Source: the human T2T-CHM13v2.0 reference genome, Homo sapiens. From it: 64,000 nucleotides of DNA. Under the pieces are notes generated by a model that saw only the letters and a list, made by a program, of their open reading frames with translations, was not told where the DNA came from and ran no database searches. Shown here in pieces: positions 1 through 13,320 of this stretch (position 1 is the stretch's first letter; the number at the start of each line of letters is the position of its first letter). The translations under genes and the position numbers were made by a program. The stretch is from the NCBI RefSeq assembly GCF_009914755.1, contig NC_060925.1. The stretch is one strand, 5' to 3'.

Positions 1-1289
1 AGTTTTATATTTGGCTTACCTTCCCCTACTCTATTTGATTCTAAGGAAGTCTTACCATCAGAACACTCATGCTCATGAGATTATTCTTTTCAGTGTAAGA
101 AAAACGTAGCCCTTCTTCTCGGGGTTGGCTGTGTTGTTCTCTGTTGTTTAATTAGCTCACATCATTTTGTGTGTATGTGGGGTGGGTGGGGTGTGGCTTC
201 CTCAAAGTCTGAACCTGTCCTCTCAGCATCAAGTGATGCTTGTTTCTGGTCCAGATAGGAAAAGACTTGCAAGTACTGTTGGTGCATGTAGGTGTCCCAA
301 AACACTTGTTTATTGACAATTCCATTCTCATAGATACACAGCCAATCTTCAGCCTTGCTTCCAGTACAACCCTTGAAATTTGCTGTTTGACCAACCACTT
401 GGTTCATTGGGGTGGGCACAGCTTACATTCCCAGTAAGACTATGCACTGCATTATATATGGAATATAGATCAAAGATGTATGGGTCTCCTTTTTTGCTAT
501 GTTCAGGTCCATAAAACCTAGAGCCTTCCTTTGTGATAGGGCCTGAGAGGCAAGGGAGTTCCCATTATCCTCAGCTTGCTTCTACTTTTCTCACTCTTGC
601 TGCCCCTCCCCTTACAGATTGAACACCTTTTAAAGTAAAACCTGTGAGACAATGGAGAGAAACTGTCCTGGTTAGCACATCTTGAAAATGTCCAGCATAG
701 GACATCCAGCCCTCCACATTTCACCACAGAAATCTGCAATCTGCTTAGTGTGCTGCATGTTCCTCCAATTCCATGTTGTAAATACATACCTTTTGTTTCA
801 AATTCTCCATGTCAATAGTATTTATTGGTGAGAAAAACAGAAAACTATAATCTGTTTTATATCAACTTATTAGTTTGCCATGAAATTACTATTCATCTTA
901 TATATTTTTAGGGAACAGTCTTCCTCAAGATCTGTGTAGATATCATCCCTCATCACTAAGCTAATATACACAAAACAATGCAACTTTCCAGCCTCAGTTT
1001 CTTTCATTCCCTGCCTCACTCTCCCACTTTGCTCTTTAGCCATGCCCACATACTTCCAGTTCCCTAAAAGAAGCAAGGAATCCTCAACTTTTTGTCACTT
1101 AAATATGTTACTCCTTTTGCCTGGAGTACTCTTGTGTTTCTTTTCTACTACGTCAATTTACTCTTCTTTAGATTCTGCCTGGAAAATTCGTTCACCTAGA
1201 AATACTTCCATAACCTTCCCCCATCTCTCCATCACTGGGTTACTGGCACCATATCGCATCAGCCTGTTTATACTTGTCTGTCTTGCCTA

Positions 1290-1517
1290 TTAGGGCTCTC
1301 ACGTAATTCTGGCATTTCCTCTATTCCTTTAGCCACAAAACTAGCAATGCCACAGATAGTGTCTATTCATTCAGTAGGGTCACAAAATGAAGAAATAATG
1401 CAATGAGTCTCAAGGGGCATGCCAAATGATTAAGAATTAAATACTTGTTGTTATAAGCAATTAACATTTTCAAGCAGGTTGTTGCTACAATCTATCTTAG
1501 CCTAACATGACTGATAG
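1290..1517 (+). mobile_element. Old MaLR LTR fragment (MLT1J/K-like 3' part)
   Basis: Ends in AAATACTTGTTGTTATAAGCAATT...GTTGTTGCTACAATCTATCTTAGCCTAACATGACTGATAGA, which resembles the MLT1 LTR 3' terminus. Confidence 0.5.
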
Positions 1518-1721
1518 AGCAATAAATATTTTGAATTAATTGAGTCACTTAGAAAACAACTTCAGAATGTATCTGTAATTAAATAAAATGGTGTGCAATT
1601 ACCAAACCTGTTAACATTCTTATATTGTACAATAATTTGCCACTTCATCTCAAAAATTAAGTAAGCCAAGCTACACATTTAATATTGATAACATTTTGGG
1701 GGGCTGCTGTAGACTCCACAA

Positions 1722-1762
1722 AGAGAGAGAGAAGGAGAGAGAAAGAGAGAGAGAGAGACAGA
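1722..1762. repeat. (GA)n microsatellite
   Basis: Imperfect GA run seen directly. Confidence 0.9.
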
Positions 1763-1869
1763 GCTCTAGCTTGTGAACACTTATAATTTCTAGGAATAAA
1801 ATACTAATTTAAAAAATCATGCATTGTTTCAGCCAGGAGGAGCCTTAACAAACAGAATAAATAAATATC

Positions 1870-2130
1870 ATACAATATCCTGGAGAGACTCTTGGAACAA
1901 AAAAGAACATTAGGTTAAACATTAGGTTAAAAATGTAAATAAATAAATCAGAATAAAGTACAAACTTCTGTTAAAAATAATGCATCAATAGTAGCTGATT
2001 ATTGGTGACAAACATACCATACTGATATAAGGTGTTAATAATCAGAGGAAATGCATATGAGATATATGAGAACTCTGTACTATCTTCACAATTTTTCTGT
2101 AAGTCTACAACTAATCTAAAAAATTAAAGA
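1870..2130 (+). mobile_element. Old L1 (L1MC/MD-type) 3' end fragment
   Basis: GTGACAAACATACCATACTGATATAAGGTGTTAATAAT...GAGAACTCTGTACTATCTTCACAATTTTTCTGTAAGTCTA is a typical old L1 3'UTR terminus. Confidence 0.75.
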
Positions 2131-3344
2131 ATATTTAAATACTGTTTGTAATATATTTATGAATACCTTAGTAAACTAGTTAAATGTGCATTTATAAAAC
2201 ACTTAACATTTATTTTAATATTTAAAAAATGCATTCTTAAGGAAAGCTCTTTTCGAGTATCTTCTAAAATATACCCTCATTGAGAAATATTTTAAAATTA
2301 AAAGTAACTTGTGAAAATACATTGTAGAAATGAATAAGGGAGAATATTTAATGTTATATTTATATTTCGTAAAATTAATATATAAATTTTCTACTGGAAA
2401 ATATATTTTAATAATTTTTTTAACAACTCCAGTAGTGTAATTTCTAATATTTTTACAACATAAGAAAACTAATAATCACTTTCATTTTCTAAAAGTTTAC
2501 ATCACCATTGATAATTTTTCAGCCCATAATATCTCAAAATGACAATTTGGCCCACAGTATTCCCAAAGGACTAATTAAATACAAAGTCAAATAAAATTTT
2601 CTCTAATATATTCAAATGTATATATAAATATTTCAGGTAAGTGAATCTTTTCAAATAACCAGGTAAATGTTTAAATGAATTAATTATCCTTTTCTTTACA
2701 TTTTATGCTTTATAATGATACTTGATTATTTGAGTCATCTTTTAAATCTGGAATTTAACATATATTTCTATTACTGCAAATACAGCCTTAAAAATAGAAT
2801 ATAAAATATATTACTATAGGTTGTATTTTTATTCATTAGCTTTTTCTTTTTTCCCCTATAAGTTATATCCTTTTAGATGAATCAAATATTTTTCTCTAAA
2901 ATGTATTTTAGGTTAGCCCAAATTTTCCTTATAAAATAATTTTCACAGTCCAAACACTTTTAAAAAAAGTCTTTATTTAAAAAATTTAGATTCTTTATTT
3001 GTTGTTTTTTCTGTGTGGTGGCAGCATTGTCAAAAATAGTTTCAGATATATCAATTAATTAATACAATATCATAATAAAATATAAAAGTCCTTAATAGAT
3101 TCACATGGTTAAAATTGCTACTTAAAAGTGCTAAGCACTTTTAAACACATTGGAAACTAAACCATTTCATGGATTATTGGGTACCTGACATAGGTGTAGG
3201 GAGATTAAAGGAGTGTAGCAATTTTATTAGCAAAAGTGTTTATACCACTTAGAAGAAAACGGGATCTCTATTAAATTGCCTGAATTAAAACACATTTTTA
3301 ATAATAACACTTTCACCTAAACAAGCACAAAGTAGAGTTTGTGA

Positions 3345-3505
3345 GCTTTGTGTGGAATATAGTGAATACTGTCTTCATGTGAAGTATATAGGTCTAATCC
3401 TCACCCTAGTATTATATTAGGTAGCTTACACTCTCAGGGCATCTCTCTCCATCATGAAATTAAAGTGTTGGCAAATGTAATCTAGACATTGTCTTTTAAC
3501 TCTGC
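3345..3505 (+). mobile_element. Degenerate MIR SINE
   Basis: Weak match to the MIR core layout (GGTCTAATCCTCACC...CTCTCTCCATCATGAAATTAAAGTGTTGG). Confidence 0.35.
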
Positions 3506-5962
3506 AGTGTTCAACTTACCTTTTCTTTTCCATTATTATCTTTAAATACCAATTTTAATTTTTAGTATAAATCATATTTATACTACCAAATAAATTTCAC
3601 TTGTCCCATTAATACATTTAATCAACTATTGAATCTTATTTTCTAGGAGTATTTGCTTCAGCATATGAATAAAATTTCTTTATAAAAATGAATTTCAAAA
3701 TGTATACCTCCTAAATGCACCTGAAGAGTACCCTCATAATTAATAGCTTCATTATTGCAGTCATTCTTTCTGAAGAAACTTAGTGCTATTTTTTGACCAT
3801 ATAATTGTGGATTAGCTGTGAGATTAGGGATCTACACCATAATTAGACCAACCAGTCTATTAGCTTCTGTGTTTTAGTGTACTGCACAGTGTTGTATGCC
3901 AAACAGATTAGTTATTTTTTGTGCTTCCATAAATGAAAAAGGAGAGATTATAACTGATACCAAAAAAATACAAAAAATCATCAGAGACTATTATGAACAA
4001 CTAAACTGTCACAAACTAGAAAACCTAGATGAAATGGATAAATTCTTGGAAACATACAAACTCCCAAGATTGAACCAGAGAAGAAACAGCAATTTTGAAC
4101 AGACCAATAATGAGCAGTGAGATTGAACGTGTAATTTTAAATCTCCCAACAACTATGAAAAAAGCACAAGCCCAGATGGATTCACAGGCAAATGCTACTA
4201 GAAATACAAAGAAAAACTAGTGCCAATCCTGAAACTATTCCAAAACATTGAGGAGGAATGAATCCTCCCTAATTCATTCTACAAAACCAGTATCATCCTG
4301 ATACCAAAGCCAAACAAGGGCACAACAATGAGGGGGAAAAAAAAAACAAAAAAAAAAACCTATAGACCAATATCCCTGATGAACATAGATGCAAAAATCT
4401 TCAACAAAATCCTATCAAACCAAGTCTAAAAGTACATAAGAAGATAATACACCATGATCACATAGGTTGTATTACAGGGATGTAGTGATGGTTCAACATA
4501 TGTATAGCAATAAATGTGATTCGCCACATAGACAGAATTTAACAAAACGTGACTATCTGAATAGATGGAGAAGAAGAATTTTAGAAAACTCAGCACTCCT
4601 TCATAATAAAAAAACCTTCAACAAACTAGGCATAGAAAAAAGTATCTCAAAATAATAAAGCCCGTATATGACAGACCTACAGCCAACATCATACTGAACA
4701 GTGAAAAGTTGAAAACAATCCCCCTAAGAGCTTCAATAATAAAAGGATGCCTGCTTTCACCATTCCTATTCAACATAGTACTGAATGTCCTGGTGAGGGC
4801 AATCAGGCAAGAGAAATAAATATAAATTTGAAAGAGGAATTCAAATTTTCTCTGTTTGCTGATAATATGATCTTATACCTAGAAAACCCCACAGACTCCT
4901 CCAAAAACTCTTACATTTGATAAGGAAATGTAGTACAATTTCAGGATACAATATCAATTTACAAAAGTCAGTGACATTGCTCCACACTAATAACAATTAA
5001 GCTGAGAACCAAATCAAGAAGACAATACCATTTACAACAGCATAATCAAATAAAATACCCAGGAATAAATTTCACCAAGGAGGTGAATGAAATTCTCTGT
5101 GCAGGAAACTACAAAACACTGATGAAGTAAATTGAAGATGACATAAGCAAAAATTCAATTCCCATGCCCACGTATTGAACAAATTAATATTGTTAAAATT
5201 ACCATACTGCCCAAAACAATCTACAGGTTCAATGCAGTTTCTATAAAAATGCCAGTAGCTTTCAAAGAATTAGAAAAAAAAATCCTAAATTTGTATGGAA
5301 CCGAAGCAGGGCCTAAATAGCCAAAGGGATCCTATGCAAAAGGAACAAAGCCAGAGGCATCGCATTACCTTAAGTCAAATTAGACTCAAGGATAGAGTAA
5401 TGAAAACAAAATAGTACTGGTATAAAAATGGACACATAAATCAATGGAACATGATAGAGAACCCAGAAATAAAGCCATTTATCTACAACCAACTGATCTT
5501 CAACAAAGTCAACAAAAACATACATGGCGGAAAGGACACCCTTTTCAATAAATGGTGCTGGGAAAATTGGGATGCCATATGCAGAAGAATGATACTGGAC
5601 CCCTGTTTCTCACCATATACAAAAATCGACTCAAGATGGATCAAGGACTTAAATGTAAGTCCTGAAACTATGAAACTACTAGAAGAAAGTCTAGGGAAAG
5701 CCCTTCTGGACATTGGTCTAGGCCATGAATTCATGACTGGGATCTCAAAAGCACAAACAAGCAAAACAAAAATAGACAAATCTCACAATGATTTGATTCA
5801 GCAATCTCACAGAGTTTATACCCAAAGGAAAACTAAAAAGCTTCTGCAGAAAAAAAGAAGTGATCAACAGAATGAACAGACAACTGGTATAATGGGAGAA
5901 AATATTTGCAAACTATTCATGAGGCAGAGGATTGATATTCAGGTTTTACAAAGAACTCAAAT

Positions 5963-6723
5963 GGTTACTGGGAAGTGCAAGAATCCTGGGTTCTTGTCTC
6001 CTTAGCAGAAAGATTTCAGCCAAGAGACACACAGCAAGGGGTAAGTAGCAGAGCTGATTGAAGGAAGGTAATGTATATTCCAAGAGAGGAGTGAGTTGAC
6101 CTGGCTGGAATATAGCTCTGGGCTGGTCCAGCTGGGAAAATAGCAGTACCAGTGTTTATTTAAAGAGACAGTACACTCTGAAAGATGAAACAGAGCTGGC
6201 TGCTTGAGAGAATGCACAAGAAGCAGCTAGTGCTGGCGGACTCTCTTTATGACAGTCTTACATAATTATTCATGAAGGATGTGAGGGTTTGTCACTTGCA
6301 ATCATGTTGTAGGCAGTCCCCTTGAGTGCGCATGCTCTGTGGTTGTACATGCTAGTACACACATCACATATCTCCTTACCATTTACAGTCTCCACCCAGG
6401 AGTGTTTTTTTGTTTGTTTGTTTTTTGTTTTTTGTTTTTTTTACTATTGTAATGAGCAAAAGGCTGCTTTAGGGTGAGTTACTGCAGGAGTGAGGATGCT
6501 CATCAGCAGAAGTTCCTACCGTGGTTATCTCTGGCTAAGGCCTCATAAATCCACTTTAGGGCTAGAGGAGCCCAACCACAAGGCCAGAATAGCCAGTGTA
6601 GCCATTGTCTTATTTGCTGACTGTCAGTGGGCAGCACTGACTATTACAGGGCAGTATCTCCATAATTTATTTTCCTAGGGGCTCCCTTGCCTGCTAATTT
6701 CTGGCTATTTGCTTACTCTAACA
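5963..6723 (-). mobile_element. Solo ERV1-class LTR (MER50-like), about 760 bp
   Basis: GC-richer block that splits the L1 text GAACTC|AAAC|AACTCAA. The minus strand begins TGTTAGAGTAAGCAAATAGCCAGA; the 4-bp TSD is imperfect (AAAT/AAAC). Subfamily is from memory. Confidence 0.7.
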
Positions 6724-7228
6724 AAACAACTCAAGAAAACCCTCAAATAATCCTATTAAAATGTAGATAAAGGACATGAACATTTTTGTATGTCTGTTTT
6801 TGAAAAGAAGTTAAACAAATGTCCAGCAAGCACATGAATAAATACTCAACATCACTAATCATCAGAGAAATGCAAATTAAAAGCATAATGATATGCCATC
6901 TTACACTAGTCAGAATGACTTATTAAAAAGACAAAGATAATAAATGTTGGCAAGGATAAGGAGAAAAGGGGCCATTTACACACTGTTGGTTGGCATTTAA
7001 ATTAGTACAACCTCTATGGTAAACAGTAGGGTGATTCTTCAGAAAACCAAAAATAGAGCTACCCATTGATTCAGCAATCTCACAATGAGTTTATACCCAA
7101 AGGAAAAGAAAGCATTATATCAAAAAGATACCTGCACTTTTATATTTATCACAGCAATATTTACAATAGCAAAGATATGAAGCCACCTGTGTCCATCAAT
7201 GGATGATTGGATAAATAAAATGTGGGGT

Positions 7229-7758
<530 letters not shown>

Positions 7759-8249
7759 TTAAATCATATCTTTTGCAGTAACATGGATGGAGCTAAACAC
7801 CATTATCTTAAGTGAAACAACTCAGAAAAAAAAGTCCAATACCACGTGTTCCCATTTATAAGTGTGAGCTAAGTAATGTGTACAAATCGACATAGAGTGT
7901 GGAATAATAATGATTGGAGAAGCAGAAGGGTGGGGTGTAGAGAAAGGTGAGGGTTGAGAAAATGCTTGGTGGGTACAATGTGCACTATTCTGGTGATGGT
8001 TATGCTAAACCCCCAGACTTCACCATTATGCAATATATTCATGTAGCAAAACTGCATTTGTACCCATTAAATGTACACAAATTAAAAAAATTCTATTATA
8101 GTTTAAATTTCCTAATCTTTACAAGTATTTTTTTTCAGAGGGATCTTAGCGTTTTCCGTTTTTTTCTAGGTCTTTGCTCAAAAATTACCATCTGAATGTT
8201 GTCAATGTTTTCATCCCATGTGAAATTGTGTCCACTCCTTTTTGTTTTT

Positions 8250-8760
8250 CTTTTTTTAACACTTATCATAATGTGATGTAGTTATACTTTACTTATTTAA
8301 CTATTGTCATTCCCTTGCTATTAGAAAGTAAATTCCAAGGGGCAGGTATTTTTCTTTTTCAGTTCACTCACTGCAGGTTAAAGAGTATCTCATACACAGT
8401 GTACACATTGCAATATTTCTTGAATAAATTAATGAATTACTCCACTGAAAATTGTCCTGTTAAGGTTACCAGTGACCTCTAGTATGCCAAACTGAAGGAC
8501 AGTGATTTAGCCTTTTAGCAACTCTCAATGTACTTGGATACTCTCTTACTGTGAAACATTCATTTTTATTAGTTTTCAACATGCCACATTTTTATATCTT
8601 TTCCCAACCATTTTGAAAACTTTCTCTCTCTCATTTATAGGCTCCATGGCTTTATTCAATTACAATATTTCAGAGTTCTTCTCTTCTTTTTTCACTGTAC
8701 ACATCTTTCTTGGTTGATCATTTTAGATAAATTGACTTCAAATATATTTAAATACAGAGC
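8250..8760 (+). mobile_element. LINE-2 fragments
   Basis: L2 3' end signature (TTAGAAAGTAAATTCCAAGGGGCAGG...AATATTTCTTGAATAAATTAATGAA), followed by ORF2-region text (CTCCACTGAAA...AAGGTTACCAGTGACCTC). Confidence 0.55.
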
Positions 8761-8823
8761 ATGTCAACTTTTTGAGATGATGAAATAATATTTCTTCTAA
8801 ATTCTGTTAGCATGATGAATTAC

Positions 8824-11800
8824 ATTTTTGTATTGATGCACGATAGATGTACATAGTTTTGGAGCACATGTGATAATTTAATACATTATAATAATTTGTA
8901 AAGATCAAACCAAAGTACTTGGGATACCCATTACCTTCAATGTTTGTCATTTGTTTATGCTAGAACCACTCAAATACTTCTCTTCTAGCTACATTCTAGT
9001 ATATTCTTCTTCTAATATGTTCTAAATATATAATAATGTATTATATATTTTGAAATATACAATATACAATATATAATTGATTATAAGATAGAAATATGCA
9101 TAAATATATACAATTGATTATTTGAAATATACAATACCTTATTGTATATTTTGAAATATGCAGTAGCTTATTATAAACTATAATCACCCTACTAATCTAT
9201 CTAACAGTAGGTCTTATTTCTTCTGTCAGACTGTATATTTGTACCCATTAATCAACTTCTTTTCAGTCCCTCCTCTCTATTATCATTCTCGACCTCGTAA
9301 CCACAATCTACTCTCTGTCTTCATGAGATTCAATTTTTTATCCCCTATATGTAAGTGAGAACATGCAATATTTGTATCTCTGTGCTTGGCTTATTTCACT
9401 TAATCATAATGACCTCCAGTTTCATCCATGTTGCTCCAAATGACAGAATTTCATTTTTCATGGCTGAATAATATTCGTTGTGTATATATACCACATTTTA
9501 TTTATCAGTTCATCCAATGATGGACACTTAGGTTGATTACATATTTTGGCTGTTGTGAATAGTGCTGCAATAACCATTGGATGTACTTTTTAACATATTG
9601 ATTCCCTTTCTTTTGAGTATGTGTTCAGTGGTTTAATTGCTGGATCATATGTTATTTCTAATTTTGGTTTTTGAAGAACCTTCATACTGTTCTTCACAGT
9701 GGCTGTGGTAATGTACATTTCACAAACAGTGTACAAGGGTTCCCCTTTCTTCACATCCTCACAAGCATCTGGTATTGCTTGTCTTTTTGATAAATGCCAT
9801 TTTAACTGGAGTGAAATGATATTGCATTGTAAATTTTATTTGCATTGTCAAGATAATTTGTGATGTTGAGCATTTTTTTTTCATATAACTGTTGGCCATT
9901 TGTATGTCTTCTTTTGAGAAATATCTATTCAGATAATTTCCCCATTTTAATTAGAATATATATATATATGTATTCAGCCTAAAATTTGTAAAATGTAACA
10001 AAAATGTAATCAAAATATGTAATTAATCTAAGTGCCCATCAATAGCAAAACATGTGTGTGTATATGTATAATTATATGTATATGTTTATGTTTTAAACAT
10101 ATATGTATATGTTTTGCTATTGAGTTGTTTGAGCTCTGTATATATTCCGGTTTTCAATCCTTTGTCAGGTAGATAGTTTGCAAATATTTTCTCCATTTTT
10201 GTGGTTTGTCTCTTTACTTTTTTCATTGTTTGCTTTGCTGTGCAGATTTTTTTAGCTTGATGTAATCCCATTTGTCTATTTTTCCTTAAGTTATCTGTTC
10301 TTTTGAAGTCTTACACAAAAGCCTTGGCCCAGATCAATGTCCCAGAGCATTTCCTCAATGTTTTCTTCTAGCACTGTCATAGTTTTAGATCTTAGATTTA
10401 AGTCTTTAATCCATTTTGATTTTTTTAATGTATGGCGAGAGATAAGGGTCTGTTTTATTTTTCTGCATGTAGTTATCTAGTTTCCCCACCACCATTTATT
10501 GAAGATATTTACCTTTCCCCGTTGTATGTTCTTGGCATTTTTGTTGCAGAAGAGTTTGCTGTAAATACATCAATTTTTATCTCCATTCTCTATTATGTTC
10601 TATTGGTCTATATATCTGTTCTTATGCCATTACTGTGCTAATTTGGTTAATATAGCTTTGTAATAAAATCTGAAGTCAGGTAGTATGATACCTCCAGGTT
10701 TGTCCTATTTACCCAGGATTACTTTGGCTATTCGGAATTTCTTTTCGTTTCCATGTATATGTTAGGATTATTTTTCCTATTTCTGTGAAGAATGCCATTG
10801 GTATTATGATAGGGGTTGAACTGAATCTGCAAATAGCTTTGGGTATTATTGTCATTTTAATAATATTCTTCTAATCTATGAACATTGAATATCGGTTCAT
10901 TTTTGTGTACTCTTGAATTTCTTTCATCAGTGCTTTATAGTTTGTCTTGTATAGATACTTCACTTCTTTGGTTAAATTGATTTCTATGTTTTTAAACTTT
11001 TTTGTAGCTATAATAAATGAAGTTGCTTTCTTGATTTCTTTTTCTAATTGTTTGCTATTGGTGTATGTAAATGCTACTGGATTTTTATGTGTTGATTTTG
11101 TATCTGACAAAATTACTGAATTCATTTATCAGTTCTCACAGTTTTTTGGTGGAGTCTAGTTTTTTCTAAGTATAAGGCAATGTCAACTGCAAACAAGCCT
11201 AATTTCTTTATTTCTTCTTCCAACTTCTTTATTTCCAATTTGGAGGCTCTTTATTTCTTTCTCTTGCCTAATTGCCCTAGTTAGGACTTCCAGTACCATG
11301 TTGAATAAAAGTGGTTAAAGTGGACACCCTAGTCTTGTTCCATATCTTAGGGAAGAGGTGTTCAATTTTTTCTTGTTCAATATGATATTAGCTGTGGTAT
11401 TGTCATATAGGGCCTTTATTATATTGAGGTATGCTCTTTATATACACAGTTTTATGATGTTTTTAAACTGGTGTTGATTTATATCTAATTCTTTTTCAGT
11501 GTCTATTGAAATAATCATATGGCTTTTGTTCTTGGTTTAGTTAATGTGATGTATTGTATTTACCTATTTGCATATGTTCAACCACCTTTGCATCCCTGGG
11601 ATAAATCCCAGTTGATAATTGTGAGTAATCTTTTTAATGTGTAGTTGAATTGAGTTTACTCGTATTTTGTTGAGAATTTTTGCATCTATGTTCATCAGTG
11701 ATATTGACCTATGGCTTTCTTCTTTAATTGTGTCCTTGTCTGGTTTGGGTTTCAGGGTAATGCTGGCCTCACAGAGTGAATTTGCAAGTGTTCCTTCCTC

Positions 11801-12960
11801 CTCAATATTTTGGAAGAGTTTGAGTAGAATTGGTACTACTTCTTATTTAAATACTTGGTAGAATTTTGCATTTGAAGTCATCAGAACCTAGGCTTTTCTT
11901 TGATGAGAGATGTTATTATGGGTTTTATCTCATTACCCATTACTGGTTTACTGAGATTTTCTGTTTCCTAATGGTTCAATTGTATAAGATTGTAAGAGTT
12001 TAGAAATATATTGATTTCTTCTAGGTTTTCCAGTTTCTTTGTGTATAATAGGTTCTAACGATTCTTTGTATTTCTGAGATGTCAGTTGTTATGTCTTTTT
12101 AATTTAAGATGTTATTTATTTGGGTCATTTGGGTCTTTCTATCTCTCTGTCTCTCTCTGTTTCTCTCTCCCTTAGTTAACCTAGCCAAAGTTTTATCATT
12201 TTCGTTCATCTTTTCAAAAGACTGAGTTCATGTTTTGTTGGTCTTCTGTATTTTTTTAGTCTCAATTTCATTTATTTCTTCTCTGATCTTTATGATTTTT
12301 TCCTTTTACTAACTTTAGGTTTGGTTTGTTCTTGTTTTTCAAGTTACTTTAGGTGCATTGTTAGGTTGTTTATTTGAAGTCTTTCTACTTATATAAGTAT
12401 TTATTGCTATTAACTTCCCTCATAGTGCTGCTTTTGCTCTATCCCATAGATTTTGGTACATTGTATTTACATTTTTCCATTTTTATTTGCTTGAGGAAAT
12501 TTTAAAAATTGTTTCCTACTTTTTTATTGACCCATTGATTATTCATGAGCATATTGTTTAATTTTCCTGTGTTTTTGAATTTTCCAAGCTTATTCTTGTT
12601 ATTGATTTCTTGATTTATTCTACTGTGGTCTGAAAAGACACATGATATGATTTCTAATTTAAACAATTTGTTCAGATTAGCTTTGTGGCTTAAGATATGT
12701 TCTACTCTGCAGAATGTTCCATGTGCTGATGAAAAGAATGTTTATTCTGTAGAAGATGGGCAAAACATTCTATAAAATATCCGCTGGACCTATTAGATCT
12801 AGTGTGTAGTTTAACTATTACATATTCCTGTTGACTTTCTGGATGATCTGACCATTACTGAGAGTGAGGCGTTAACGTCGCCACTATTATTGTATTGCAG
12901 TCTATCTCTCTCTTTAGATTGATGAATGTTTGCTTTCTATACTTGGGAGCTCCAGTGTTG
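8824..12960 (-). mobile_element. LINE-1 (L1MA4-like), 3'UTR plus most of ORF2
   Basis: Reverse-strand L1MA 3' end at 8824-9480. ORF2 remnants in minus ORFs 10086-10271 and 10871-11125. Runs into the endonuclease region and stops abruptly at 12960. Confidence 0.92.
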
Positions 12961-13320
12961 GTCTTCCAGCTGCAAAACCGTTTTGTAGTAGCAAGCTGGC
13001 TTCACTCTCCTTCAACAGAAAATCAGAAACAAGCCTACAGTACCAACAATATCAACAGAAATATCCTCGATCTCAAATATGAAGATGAAATAGTTTCTGG
13101 GGCCACAGATAAGTGAAAAAAAAAATTAGCAGACAGTAAAATACTCAGACTTCTACATCTGCGACCCTCCTCCCCGCATTCTACCAGGCACCAGGTGGAC
13201 AACAATTTTCCACCAACTTATTGTTTCTACACTGGAAAAAGTGAGGTAAAAGTGACAGCCAGTTCTCTCACCATCTTGGCTTCCCTGGCAGGAGACCTAA
13301 TCACTGCATTAACCCACAAG
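12961..13320 (+). mobile_element. L1 5'UTR fragment (L1M2-type), opposite strand to the adjacent L1MA
   Basis: CACTGGAAAAAGTGAGG...CCAGTTCTCTCACCATCTTGGCTTCCCTGGCAGGAGACCT...AACCCAC matches my recollection of L1M2 5' end consensus text. Confidence 0.55.

Noticed and set aside
150-790. Sushi/CCP-domain-like or mitochondrial-carrier-like reading (HCLTGFTLKG; TPTCTNSTC; KEGSRFYG)
   Set aside because: It needs several ad hoc frameshifts, and equally weak alternative families fit. Kept only as an unassigned block.
1907-1930. 12-bp tandem duplication ACATTAGGTTAA x2 (similarly CCATGATGACC x2 near 63217-63238)
   Set aside because: Ordinary slippage-size duplications with no filler.
5451-6005. Longest ORF (184 aa) as a gene
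   Set aside because: It is L1 ORF2p C-terminal sequence that goes out of frame at the templated patch and ends inside an LTR.
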